Source: an uncultured Methanomicrobiaceae archaeon
GTDB lineage: Archaea; Halobacteriota; Methanomicrobia; Methanomicrobiales; Methanoculleaceae
DNA: 64,000 nt
Assembly (NCBI GenBank): GCA_963826525.1
Contig: CAWGXH010000004.1
Location: 1,248,001 to 1,312,000, forward strand
Reading direction: 5' to 3'
The notes below the pieces were generated by a model that searched no databases, was not told where the DNA came from, and saw nothing but the letters and a program-made list of their open reading frames with translations. The position numbers and the translations under genes are program-made. Positions 45,501 to 55,889 of this stretch are shown here, piece by piece (position 1 is the first letter of the stretch; each line of letters opens with the position of its first letter).

Positions 45501-48500
45501 ACCTCACGCTCACTCACAACGGCGTGAATTCGACCCTCACGGTGCAGAACGGGATACTTTTCGGCCAAGGTGACCCTTGCGGATGCGAATACGATCACGG
45601 TCAGCGGCACCGACTCGTGGGGCAACCCGATCTCGAAGACGCTCCTGCTGGACGGCGATATGCTGCCAGCCGACTTCGAAGAGTCGATCGGGTTCGATCC
45701 GCTCGACGCTGATTCCGACTGGACCCAGTGGTATGGAAACCAGGCAGACAACGGGATCATCGACGGTTACGAGCACTCCTTCAACGGGCTGCCGGTCTTT
45801 GTGAAGTACCGGATCGGCGCCGATCCGTTCGCGTTTGATAGTGACGGCGATTGGCTCCTCGACGACTTCGAGCTGATGCACCTCGCCCTCACCACCAGTG
45901 TCTGCTCGTCTGATTCCGATGGCAACGGTATACTGGATAGGGACGAGGACCCGGATGATGATGGTCTTTCGAATTATGAGGAACAGACCTACGGGACCGA
46001 ACCGCTGATGGCCGATACCGACGACGACGCTCTTCCCGACCGGGAGGAGATCTCGCTGGGAACCGATCCCTGCAACGCAGATACCGACGGCGACGGCATT
46101 CTCGACGGCTATGAGGTGACACTCGGAACCGGCCTTCTGAACAACGATACGGCCGTCCTCGGCACACTAGACGGTGAGGAGGATTACTGGAGCACCGGGC
46201 ATTATATCAACGAAACGCTGAACCTGACGGTCCACGGCCGGGGCTACGCGATCGCCAACGCCAGTGTTCCCAGGTTAACTTCACCAATCTTATGCGAGAG
46301 GATGTCCTCGTCAGCAAGGTCTACGATATCGGGTTCGGCGATGGTATCGACCACGGAACGGTAACGATCAAGTATAACAGCACGTTCGTTGAAGATAACG
46401 AAACCCTGTCGGTATACCGGTTCGACGAAGATTTCGGGACGTTTTTGCCGATCAATTCGACGGTCGACGAAACACAGGGGGTCGTGACCTGCGCCGTGAC
46501 CAACTCCTCGATGTACGCCGTGCTGGATTCGGTGAAGTGGGACTCCCTTTTCGTCAACTGGCCGGGCATGTCGTCCAGTGAGGTGTCGGCACTAGGTGAG
46601 GGATGGCAGGCTGTTGCAAACGGAGATTTCTCGGAGGGGCAGACCGGTTGGGTGCCGTCCGGTCAGTATTTCTACAATCAAGCGAACTATGGAATGATAG
46701 TTGAGCCCTATTATCACTCGGGGTACGAACCTTCTCCGCCATCTTTGAGAATTTCGATCTGGAATAAAAGGCCTGAGGATTTTACAGAATGCATAGTAAT
46801 GCACCCCAATGTTGATCTGACAGATGTCGATTCCCTTACATTCAGACTACAGGTGCATTGAAAGCCATCAGAGTGGGGGCATCGCCTCGTCCGGGTTACG
46901 ATACTGGATCGATGGGGTATCCACTGCGGGATCGCCGAGTTTCAGGGATGACGGTAGTGGCCTGGTCTGGGTGGATAAGGAATGGCAGACGGCAACTATC
47001 GATGTGAGTGACGTCAAGGGTGTAAGATCTCTATATTTCAAAGTCTCGATGAACAGGGACATGGGAATAATCGAGTATAACGAAGCAGACCTGACATATC
47101 TCATTGACGATGTTACTGCCTGGTCGAAGACGGAGCCACACAGCCCGATACCGCCATCGTGCGGCTCCATGTCGAAGATATCGCAGTCGCATGCAGGCGT
47201 GCCCAACGCAAAAATCACCCTTTCCGATAGTGGGAAATATGTGTATACCGATGCATACGGAAATGCCTATGATTTTCTCTTTAAAGGCCCTTTAGTGACT
47301 CTATCTCCTACCGTATCGAAGCGGAAGGCTACAACAATCATGACGGATACATACGAATCGATCCCGATGATTTCGGCACAAACCGTACCGATAAAGCAGT
47401 CATCAACGATGGTCTCACGGGTTCGATCGAGGTAACCTACACTCAATCGCAGGTATTCATCTACGTTGACGATATGTACTATCAGGGCCACTGGAAACAC
47501 TGCTTATATTTTCGATCTCTGTGCAGAACCAGGATACAAATTCGCATATCGTTAGATTTGAAAAGGTGAGTTGGAGTCCCCAAAAACAGATGTTTGGTAC
47601 CTGCCGGTGGTCAGCCGCACGTTTCCTTTAACCTGATGGATGCAACGGGGGCAATCGAGGTCACCTCCACGCCGCCGGGTGCCGCCGTGTACCTCGATCA
47701 GGTGTATAGAAACACCACGTCAGAGGGTTCCGGACTCCTCACGATATCGAATGTCAACTCCGGCCAGCACCGGATCGACGTTCAAAAGGACGGCTATGCT
47801 CCGTTCTGGACGACGGTAACGGTGGCCGATGGTCAGACTGCTCAGGTGGAGGCGGACCTCGACAACACGACGAAGAGGAGGACGGCATACTGGATTACTA
47901 CGAGAGGAACGGGTTCGTCGACGGCTTCGGCAATCGGCACGTAACCAATCCCGACTCGGTCGACACCGACGGCGACGGGCTCTCGGACGGATACGAGGTG
48001 ACGGAACTCGTCCATCTGGGTGGGAATCTCTTCTTCTTCAAGTCCAGGAGCGACCTGACGAAAGTAGACAGCGATGACGATGGGATTAATGATCCCGACG
48101 AGCCCGAGTTCTTGACGCAGCCGATGAGACGCGATACCGATTCGGATAGGATCCTCGATAGGTGCGAGCTCCTGCTCGGGACCGATCCGATCAACCGTGA
48201 CACGGACTATGACGGGAATGATGACTATCTCGAGTTACAGTTTGACTATCCCTACGGTCCGCTGGTTCATGCCGACAGGAGTTACATTGAAAACGCCATT
48301 GCTCTTGCCGACGGTTTTGCCTCCGGCGAGAGGGGCGCAGACCGTTGCGACAACCTGTACGACCTTGCCGGGTGGATGTTAAGTGGTGTTGTCCTTGCAG
48401 GAGATATCCGTGATATAGGCGGGTCGATAGTGCGCGGCGACGGGATGGGAACGCTGGCGAATGCCTTTGCTCAGATCCCGGCAATAGGAGATGCTGAAAG

Positions 48501-49340
48501 GGCGGTTATATAAGGAGCCAAATATTTGAAACGATCACGAGAAGAATCGAGGTAGCGCAACGTTTGTTCCGAGGTATATCGCCTCGTCCATCGATTCGGT
48601 TAAGAAGATCATCGGTTAATACGTCATCGACGGGTTGAGGGCAAAAGGGTTTAAGGATGATGCAAGCGTACGCTTACTAAACAGGGGATCAAATCTAAAT
48701 TGCTCGACGAAGCGCTGGACAATGCCGTCGTCAACGGCCAGAGCATCTACGTGCGGTACCCGGGTCTCAAGAATTTCTTTAGCGATAAGAATGACCCTGG
48801 AGGGCTCTGGTCTTCAAGGAACAGGGGACGTTCAACACACTGAATATCGTTCGCGCCGGAAACTGGACAGTCGGTCCTTCGGTATACGAACAATCTCCAG
48901 GGAGCCTATTCCGAGTTCTGCGCGAAAGGCTGGACATCGGCGGCGATGCGGGTACGCGACCTGAGCGACATCAACACGGGCGGCGTCGACTACGCCGCGC
49001 TGGTGGATGGCGGAAACACCCTGAAGATCGTGGAGGTCAAAGCTCGGCAGAGACTGGAGCGAGCGGATCTTAGGAATTACATAAAATTCGATCGAACAGT
49101 ACAATCCCGAGTCTTTCAACGTGGACTACGTGATTCTGAGCCTCGGAGAGGACTTCTTCAAGGAGCAGTCGACCGTCAGCAAGGAATTCGTGCTGTATAT
49201 CAACAGCCCCGAGAGCACGGCGATCAGGAGTCACCTGAACTTTGATCCCGACCTGTGTTTATGGTATGAATTTACAGGTAAGGACGGTACAAAACATTCG
49301 GGAACCGTAAAAATTACGGTGACGGCGGTGAAAAAACAGG
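42580..49340 (+). CDS. large secreted multidomain protein with C-terminal PD-(D/E)xK nuclease (candidate polymorphic toxin). Heavily frameshifted, may be a pseudogene.
   Basis: GAAGGTGA RBS and signal peptide (...FIPAVSA). DUF2341-like (SDFDDVRF...LDYW...IWMYYGN), Big_2 Ig, DxDxDG repeats, ZU5/GPS-like segment, PEGA, GDIRDI..QIPAIGDA helices, GAYSE..GVD..IVEVK. Confidence 0.7.
45650..46180 (+). repeat. DxDxDG(L)xDxxE calcium-binding (TSP3-like) peptide repeats
   Basis: DSDGDWLLDDFE, DSDGNGILD, DPDDDGLSNYEE, DTDDDALPDREE, DTDGDGILDGYE. A second set lies at about 47960-48240. Confidence 0.8.
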
Positions 49341-49348
49341 TGAAGAGC

Positions 49349-50539
49349 ATGGCGGGTAATGCATTTCAAAAGTATTTATTTGAGGAGCGGGAACGATGCG
49401 AGTCGCTCCTGAAGGGATTGGGAGCGGTACGATAGGTTGCCGGAAAAACTCGACTCAGAGCCGATCATATGCTATGAGAAACTCGGATCCATCTATCTGT
49501 ATTCCGGAGAGACCGACCTTGCCGGAAGGATGTTCTCCAACCTCTCCCTTTTCGGCACGGCCATCAGAAAATCCCGGTTCGACATCAAAGGGTTCAAAGA
49601 AGAAGATAAAGCCAAACCGGATCTTCTCGTGATGATAGCAAAGGGAGATATAGAGAATGCGATTTATCTCCTTCTTGCAGGGAAGAACCCGGATCAGGTT
49701 CATCGACTCGTTACGTGGGCGGCGGAGAACACCGATCTTCCACCCGACTACGTCAGGGGGCGACTGGGGGTTCAGGACTATAGCGAAGTCGCCGTCGGGT
49801 ACCTCTGGCACGGCTACGCCCTGATCTGCCTCGGGCGGTACGGGGAGGCGCTTCCGCTGCTCACGGGAGGTGACCCCGCTCTTCGTCCAGGAGCGGAAGA
49901 GCGGCGTCGAGGTCTGGCAGAAGGTCGAGTATGCCCTCCCGAAGGCGCTCGTACCCCTCTGCGAGTTCGAGCTCGATCCCACCGCCGACCGCCTGAAAGC
50001 GGCGCAGGAGGGGATCGAGACCTACCTCAAAAGCCTGAAGATGTACCGCGATCGTCTCAGCGGCCTCCTCTACTATTTCCACCTCAAGAAGCAGTTCGCC
50101 GACGTCTACGAAGCCGATCCGGCATCGTTCGTCCCACCATCCGCAAACGGTAGCGGAAAAGCCGGCTATGGCCTCGCAACCGGTCACCGGCCGGGAGAAG
50201 GACCCCGAAGGTATGATCGTCATGGGACTGACCCAGTTGGATCCGCCGAAGGTCTGGACGCTGGGATCGTTTGGGTGCTACGCGGATTTCGAGGCGTTCA
50301 CTGCGTACGTCCGCTCTCTCGGCGGGTATCCTGCGCTCGCGGCACTGATGGACACCTATACCCTCGAAGAGCAGCAGGAGGCCGCGCCGTTTATCGAGGA
50401 GTGCGAACGGCTTCTCCAGCTCCGGGATCTCGATCCGAGGGTTCGTGCCGTTGCGGAGGAGATCCTTTCGGCTCTGCAGACCGCGGTGCAGGAAGGTGCA
50501 ATACCGGACGATCTGGTGGTGGAGATCTACCAGGGGTAA
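49349..50539 (+). CDS. helical hypothetical protein, candidate immunity protein (probably one gene with frameshifts near 49420, 49865 and 50160, possibly two genes)
   Basis: AGGTGA RBS, abuts the nuclease C-terminus, no signal peptide. TPR-like segments (YEKLGSIYL; GYALICLGRYGEALPLL). Confidence 0.6.
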
Positions 50540-50687
50540 GGGCTGCTGTGAGGGATCGGTTCCAATCCCTTCAGGGCACGGTGCTATCCTGAATTACCTA
50601 TCGGCCGGATGCACCCACTTTTTCTGAGAGACGCCGACGGCAATCCCGATAGCAAAAAGCGGTGCGCCCCGGCTGGCCCCGCCCCCC

Positions 50688-52146
50688 TCAGTCGAACCGC
50701 TTGAATATCCCGAGGAAGAGCATGATCACCGGGATGATCTCAAGACGCCCGATCCACATGATCATGATGAAGAGCACCTTTGCCGAGGCGGACATATCGG
50801 GGGAGACGAACCCGGTGCTGATCCCGTTGTTGCACATCGCCGACACGACCTCGAAGATGACATTGCTCGACTCGAACCCGGTCGGCTGCAGGTGCATCGC
50901 GAGGACGGTGGCGATGAAGATGATCAGGAAATAGAGCATGATCACCAGCATGTTCCGGGAGACCTCGAGGTCGGCGATATTCTTCGGGATGACCTTCCCC
51001 TCGTACTTGAACGGAACGAGCACCTTCCCCGAGACGAGCATCCTCCGGAACCACCACAAAAGACTCTGTGTACCGAGGACGACGCGGGAGAGCTTGATAC
51101 CTCCGGCAGTGCTCCCGGACGCTCCACCGATCACCATCAGCATCGAGAGGAAGAGCACCGTGACGCTCGCCCATTCGTTCGGCGAGCTCGATCTGAAAGC
51201 CGGTGCTGGTGGCGGCCGCGATCGACATGAAGAGCGCCTGCCGGATCGCCGTCGGCGTATCGGCGAAGGAGAGGGTGACGAGGTCCCAGGCGATGACCAC
51301 GATACCGACCGCGATGAGGATGAAGAGCAGCCGTGCCTGTGAATCGCCGAAGAACTTCACTCCTTTCTTGTTGTACATGTAGTAGTACAGTTTGAACGGC
51401 AGGGCGCCGGCGATCATGACGGGTATGATGAGGATCTCAAGAAGCGGGTTGTCGTAGTAGGGAATTCCTGCCGCATGGACGGAGAACCCGCCGGTGGAGA
51501 TCCCGACGAGTGCGATATTGATTGCGTCCCAGACCGGTATCCCGGAGAGGAGGATCATCCCGACCGAGGCGGCCGTCAGGACGAGATAGATCTTCCACAT
51601 CTCAAGCCCTGTTGCCACCACGCTCGGCATCAGCGCCTCGCTCCGCCCCTCCGACCGGTAGAGCCGGAACTGCGTCAGGCCCGTCCTGCTCGCCATGGCG
51701 ATGGTGAATGCGACGATCCCGATACCGCCGAGCCACTGCATGAGCGACCGCCAGAAGAGCAGCGTCTTTGGTAGTGTGTCGATATCGGGGGCAAGCGTCA
51801 GGCCGGTATCCGTCCACCCCGACATCGCTTCAAAGACGCTGTCGAGGTAGGGCATCCCTATCCCGAGCGTGAACGGGAGCGCCCCCACGATAGCACAGAT
51901 CAGCCAGATGATGGCGACCGCCATGAGGGCTGCGGAGAGAGGCGGTTCCCGCTCCCGGTGCGGAACCCGCGTGAGCAGCGTGCCGAGGAGAAAGAGGGTG
52001 ATCGGAACCGATGCCATCGGGAGCAGCATATTCCACTCCTGGTAGATCAGCGTGATAAGGAGCGGCACCGCTGTACCGATGCTGATAAATCTGAAGATAT
52101 TGCCGATATCGGGTGCGATGATGGAGAACTGCTCGACCCTGTCCAT
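50688..52146 (-). CDS. trkH: TrkH family potassium uptake protein (frameshift near 51190)
   Basis: FEAMSGWTDTG, QWLGGIG, ISTGGF, GGASGSTAGGIK, MWIGRLE. Confidence 0.92.
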
Positions 52147-52268
52147 CGATAAAACAACGCTCTATCGCGTATTATCTCTTTTCTTGTAAGACCTTTGAAA
52201 TCGGGCGGGAAATGGCGGGGAGAGGGGATACTTACCCGCTGTTCCGCAGACTCGCGAAGCCCCGCGGT

Positions 52269-53240
52269 TCAGGTGCGATCGGGCGTTGCCTCGATGAAGA
52301 TTCTGCGATTGATGATCTGCCAGGCGAGGATGAGCTGGACCACCTCACCCGCCGTCAGGTAGGAATCGTCGACGGCGAACTTAATGGGGTGAATCTCGGT
52401 CTGATCCTCGATGTTCTCCTCAAGTTTCCCGATGACATCGGCGTTTACCTCTCCGTCGAGGGTGAGCGCCCCCATAGGCCGGCCGTAGATATCGTCGACG
52501 GAGTATTCGAGGAGGAAGTTCCTCTCCGAGAGCGAGAGGAGCGAGAAGAGATCAATCGAGAGATCGATCTCCCTGATGCTCCGATCAAGCCTGCTCTGGC
52601 AGAGTGAAACCTGGTAGACGTTCCGCTCTTCGCTCACCGCCCGTCCGTACTTCGAGTATGAGATCCTGATGATCGCATCGGCAAACCCGCACTGCGGGGC
52701 AACATACCGCTCGTAATCGGGTTTGCGCCGGATCATCTCCTGAACGACTGCCTCCGGCCGGTAACCCCGCCGATCGACATCGCGTTGTATCTTCCAGGCA
52801 CGTTTGACCTCGGGGTCGGGATCGACGTAGAGTTTGAAGTCGATGAGCTCCCGGAGGCGGGGCGTGAAGAAGGGATGCAGTCCTTCGAGGATGACGATCT
52901 TGCTCGGCGAGAAGGGAACGGGGTCTTCGAAGGTGCCTTTGTCGTGATTGTACACCGGCTTTTCGATGGTTTCTCCTGCTTTCAGTGCCGCTACGTGCTC
53001 TTCAAGGAGTTTGAATCTGTTCGCTTCCGGGACGAGTGGCGTGATCCCGAGTTCTGCCCGTTCCTGCCGGTCGAGCGAGTGGTAGTCGTCGAGCGTGATG
53101 GTGGATACGAGATCCTCGCCGAATATCTGCCGTATCGTCCGGGTGAAGGTCGTTTTTCCGGAACCGCTGTCTCCTGCGACCCCGATGATATAGATATATG
53201 GAGACTCTGCGATGATATCCCTGAAGTTCGCGGGCTGCAT
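52269..53240 (-). CDS. prk: phosphoribulokinase (archaeal type, PRK/uridine kinase family)
   Basis: IIGVAGDSGSGKTTF, LDDYHSLDR, YNHDKG, EGLHPF, WKIQRD, long C-terminal extension. Confidence 0.8.
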   Translation of the reverse strand: MQPANFRDIIAESPYIYIIGVAGDSGSGKTTFTRTIRQIFGEDLVSTITLDDYHSLDRQERAELGITPLVPEANRFKLLEEHVAALKAGETIEKPVYNHDKGTFEDPVPFSPSKIVILEGLHPFFTPRLRELIDFKLYVDPDPEVKRAWKIQRDVDRRGYRPEAVVQEMIRRKPDYERYVAPQCGFADAIIRISYSKYGRAVSEERNVYQVSLCQSRLDRSIREIDLSIDLFSLLSLSERNFLLEYSVDDIYGRPMGALTLDGEVNADVIGKLEENIEDQTEIHPIKFAVDDSYLTAGEVVQLILAWQIINRRIFIEATPDRT

Positions 53241-53349
53241 GGTTGGTGATCGGGTGGACGGTAGTGCATCGTTAAGATTTCGGTAGCGGGAGCACTGAAG
53301 CGCCCTGTGCAGAAAAAAAGTGGTGTGATAATCGATCCGATCTTCGGTG

Positions 53350-53751
53350 TTACTGCTTGTTCGTCCAGAGCTGGTGAATATTGCAGTAGATCCGCGCTTT
53401 TACGTTCGTATCGTCGATCCAGGGAAATGTCGCCTCGGGAGGCCCTGTCGGGTCGAGTTTCTGGATAAAGAGGTATGGGCCTTTCCTGACCTCGACCCAC
53501 TCGATGTGGTGTTCGGGTATCATGGGATGGGGCGTCGAGCCGATCTTCACCCGGATGCCCTGGTCGGCCTTCTCGATCACCGGCACGTGCTTCTCCGTAA
53601 GCCCTTCCTCACGCATCTTCTCCGGGAGGTGCTGCCACTCGCAGGTTGTCTCGCCGGTGCAGATCGTATCCTCGGGGCTGTTTCCGGAATGCGATACCTT
53701 CACCACGTCTCCCGTGGACGGGCACTTGTATAACTCCAGCAATCTGCTCAT
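53350..53751 (-). CDS. superoxide reductase (desulfoferrodoxin family)
   Basis: Centre-II ligands EKHVP, PHPM, EHHIEW, YCNIHQLW. Confidence 0.9.
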   Translation of the reverse strand: MSRLLELYKCPSTGDVVKVSHSGNSPEDTICTGETTCEWQHLPEKMREEGLTEKHVPVIEKADQGIRVKIGSTPHPMIPEHHIEWVEVRKGPYLFIQKLDPTGPPEATFPWIDDTNVKARIYCNIHQLWTNKQ

Positions 53752-54953
53752 GCTATGTTGCCTCCTTCTCTGACGAGGGAGTCGTTCTCATGCCTTTTAA
53801 CGATTTCGTCGGCGAGGCGATCGAGTGCGGCGAACGCTTCTTCGTCGGGATTGCCCCGGATCATCACCGGTTCGATGAATTCGACCTTGAGCCGATCGAG
53901 CATCCCGGTTGTCCGGTCGACTGCCTTTCCTCCCCACCCATACGACCCGATGACTGCGGCATACCGGGTCTTCGGGCGGAGGAGGTTCGTGATGTAGGCG
54001 GCGGAGATGACCTCCGGGTGCGGGCCGAAAAGGACCGTCGGCGTCCCGATGACGATGGTGGCGGCGTCGACGATCGCCATGGCAAGCTCGCCGGGGTCCG
54101 TTCTCGTCAGATTGAAGGGCTTGACGGTGACGCCTCGTGCAATCAGCGCCCCGGTAAGATGGTCGACCATCTCCCGGGTGCTTCCGTGCATGGAGACGAA
54201 AGGAAGGACGACCTCGTTCTTCACCGCATCGTCCGTCCAGTCGCGGTAGGCGTCGAGGATCCGTGACGGCTGGTCGTGGAGCGGCCCGTGGCTCGGTGCG
54301 ATGATCTCGATCCCAAGCGGTTCGAGCCTCTCCAGGTATCCCTGGATGCTCTTTCGAAACGGCATCATGAGCTCGGCGTAGTAGCGCTTCGCTGCAGGAT
54401 AGAGGGCAGCCGTATCGTCTGCATAGAGATCGCTCGTGGCGTAGTGAGCGCCGAAGAGATCGCAGGAGAAGAGGAGGCGATCCCCCTCGAGGTACGAAAG
54501 TCTGCGTATCCGGCCAGTGGACCCAGGGAGTGATGAAGAATCGGAGTGTCCGGTCGCCGAGAGAGAGCGTGTCGTTGTCCGCGATGACGCGGATCTTTTC
54601 GGATGGGATATGCAGAAGGCTCATCAGGAGATCGCGGGCCTTCGCGTTTGTCACCACCTCCGCACCCTCGTAGCGTTTGAGCAGCACCGGAAGGGATCCC
54701 GAGTGATCCTGCTCGGCGTGGTTGACGACGATGTAATCGATCGACGCGATCCCGAGTCCGTCCAGGTTCGCCAGAGCTCGCTCGTCTTCGTCGGATCGAC
54801 GGTGTCGATCAGGGCTACCTTCTCGCTGCCGCGGACGATATAGGCGTTGTAGCTCGTTCCGTTGGGGAGCGGGATGAGTGCATCGAAGATCTCTCTATCC
54901 CAGTCTATTGCACCGACAGCGAAGCACCCGGGCAGAATCTGCCGTGCCGGCAT
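53748..54953 (-). CDS. fprA: FprA family A-type flavoprotein (flavodiiron protein), frameshifted
   Basis: GTSYNAY, VHWPD, IAPSHGP, flavodoxin SMHGST, GSYGWGG. Confidence 0.9.
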
Positions 54954-55178
54954 GATCAGGCCTCCTCCGGTGGGTGGGTGTTCTCCGTAGCGGCTCTGTG
55001 TGGGTTATGTCGATATACTGCCATCTCGTCTGACCTCCAGGTTCTGCTATGACGATCGGATCCGGCTCTGCTCCGCCCTTGCGCCGTGAATCAGGAGCCC
55101 AAAAGGGGAGCGATCCGATCCGCCCGTTAATTCCCTCTATCCGGCCTGATCGTGGATAACCGTTTCGGCGGTGGCAGA

Positions 55179-55889
55179 TCAGAGAAGTGTCGTCTGTATC
55201 GCTTCACCGCTCCCGCGGCCGTGTCGCCGGACGGTGTTTGAGAAGAGGTGTGCCTGTCGTGTCGGTTCGGGGAGGCGGTACCCCCGGTCGGCGGCGAGGA
55301 CGATTGCGATCGCCGGTGCAAGGTCGATCCGGTGCCCCACGGAGACGTAGACCGATCTGACCCGGCTCTTCGTCCGCACTGCCATCCCGATCGTCTCACC
55401 TTCGTTCATGATCGGGCTCGTCGCCCCCCGCTCCGGTGCAGGTTCGGCCGCCGTTCCGGTGAGGAGCCTCTTTGCGACGCCGATTGTCGGCCGGTCGAGA
55501 AGCACTCCCATGTGGCTCGCTATCCCGAGGCCGCGGGGGTGGGCGATCCCCTGACCGTCGAAGAGGATCACCTCCGGTTCCGACCGTACCTTTCGGAACG
55601 CTTCGAGGAGTGCCGGCCCCTCCCGGAAGGTCAGGAGGCCGGGGATATAGGGAAAACTTGTCTCCGCCCGTGCCCAGGCGTACTCGACCGGAATAAGCTC
55701 CGGAAACGCGAGGACGACGACGGCGGCGTAGATGATGTTCTCCCCCTTCGCATACGATGCGTCCGCGCCGGCGATCAGGCGGATATCTCCGGGATCGCCG
55801 TGGGGGACGACTCTTTTGCGAAGTTCCTCCTGAAGGCTGACCGCCTCTTTTGGCGTGCAATCGAAAGAATGGACGGCAGGGTTCTTCAT
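55179..55889 (-). CDS. nfi: endonuclease V
   Basis: GADASY, FPYIPGLLTFREGP, DGQGIAHPR, GVAK, YRLPEPTR. Confidence 0.95.
   Translation of the reverse strand: MKNPAVHSFDCTPKEAVSLQEELRKRVVPHGDPGDIRLIAGADASYAKGENIIYAAVVVLAFPELIPVEYAWARAETSFPYIPGLLTFREGPALLEAFRKVRSEPEVILFDGQGIAHPRGLGIASHMGVLLDRPTIGVAKRLLTGTAAEPAPERGATSPIMNEGETIGMAVRTKSRVRSVYVSVGHRIDLAPAIAIVLAADRGYRLPEPTRQAHLFSNTVRRHGRGSGEAIQTTLL

Noticed and set aside
45650-48240. Repeats as a CRISPR array or diversity-generating retroelement TR/VR pair
   Set aside because: The repetition is at the peptide level only. There are no identical DNA repeats with spacers, and no cas or reverse transcriptase gene in the window.
49121-49435. ORF-track fusion of the toxin C-terminus with the start of the next gene
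   Set aside because: An AGGTGA RBS precedes the ATG at 49349, and the junction contains an A-run prone to indel error. Two genes are more likely, though this cannot be proven here.
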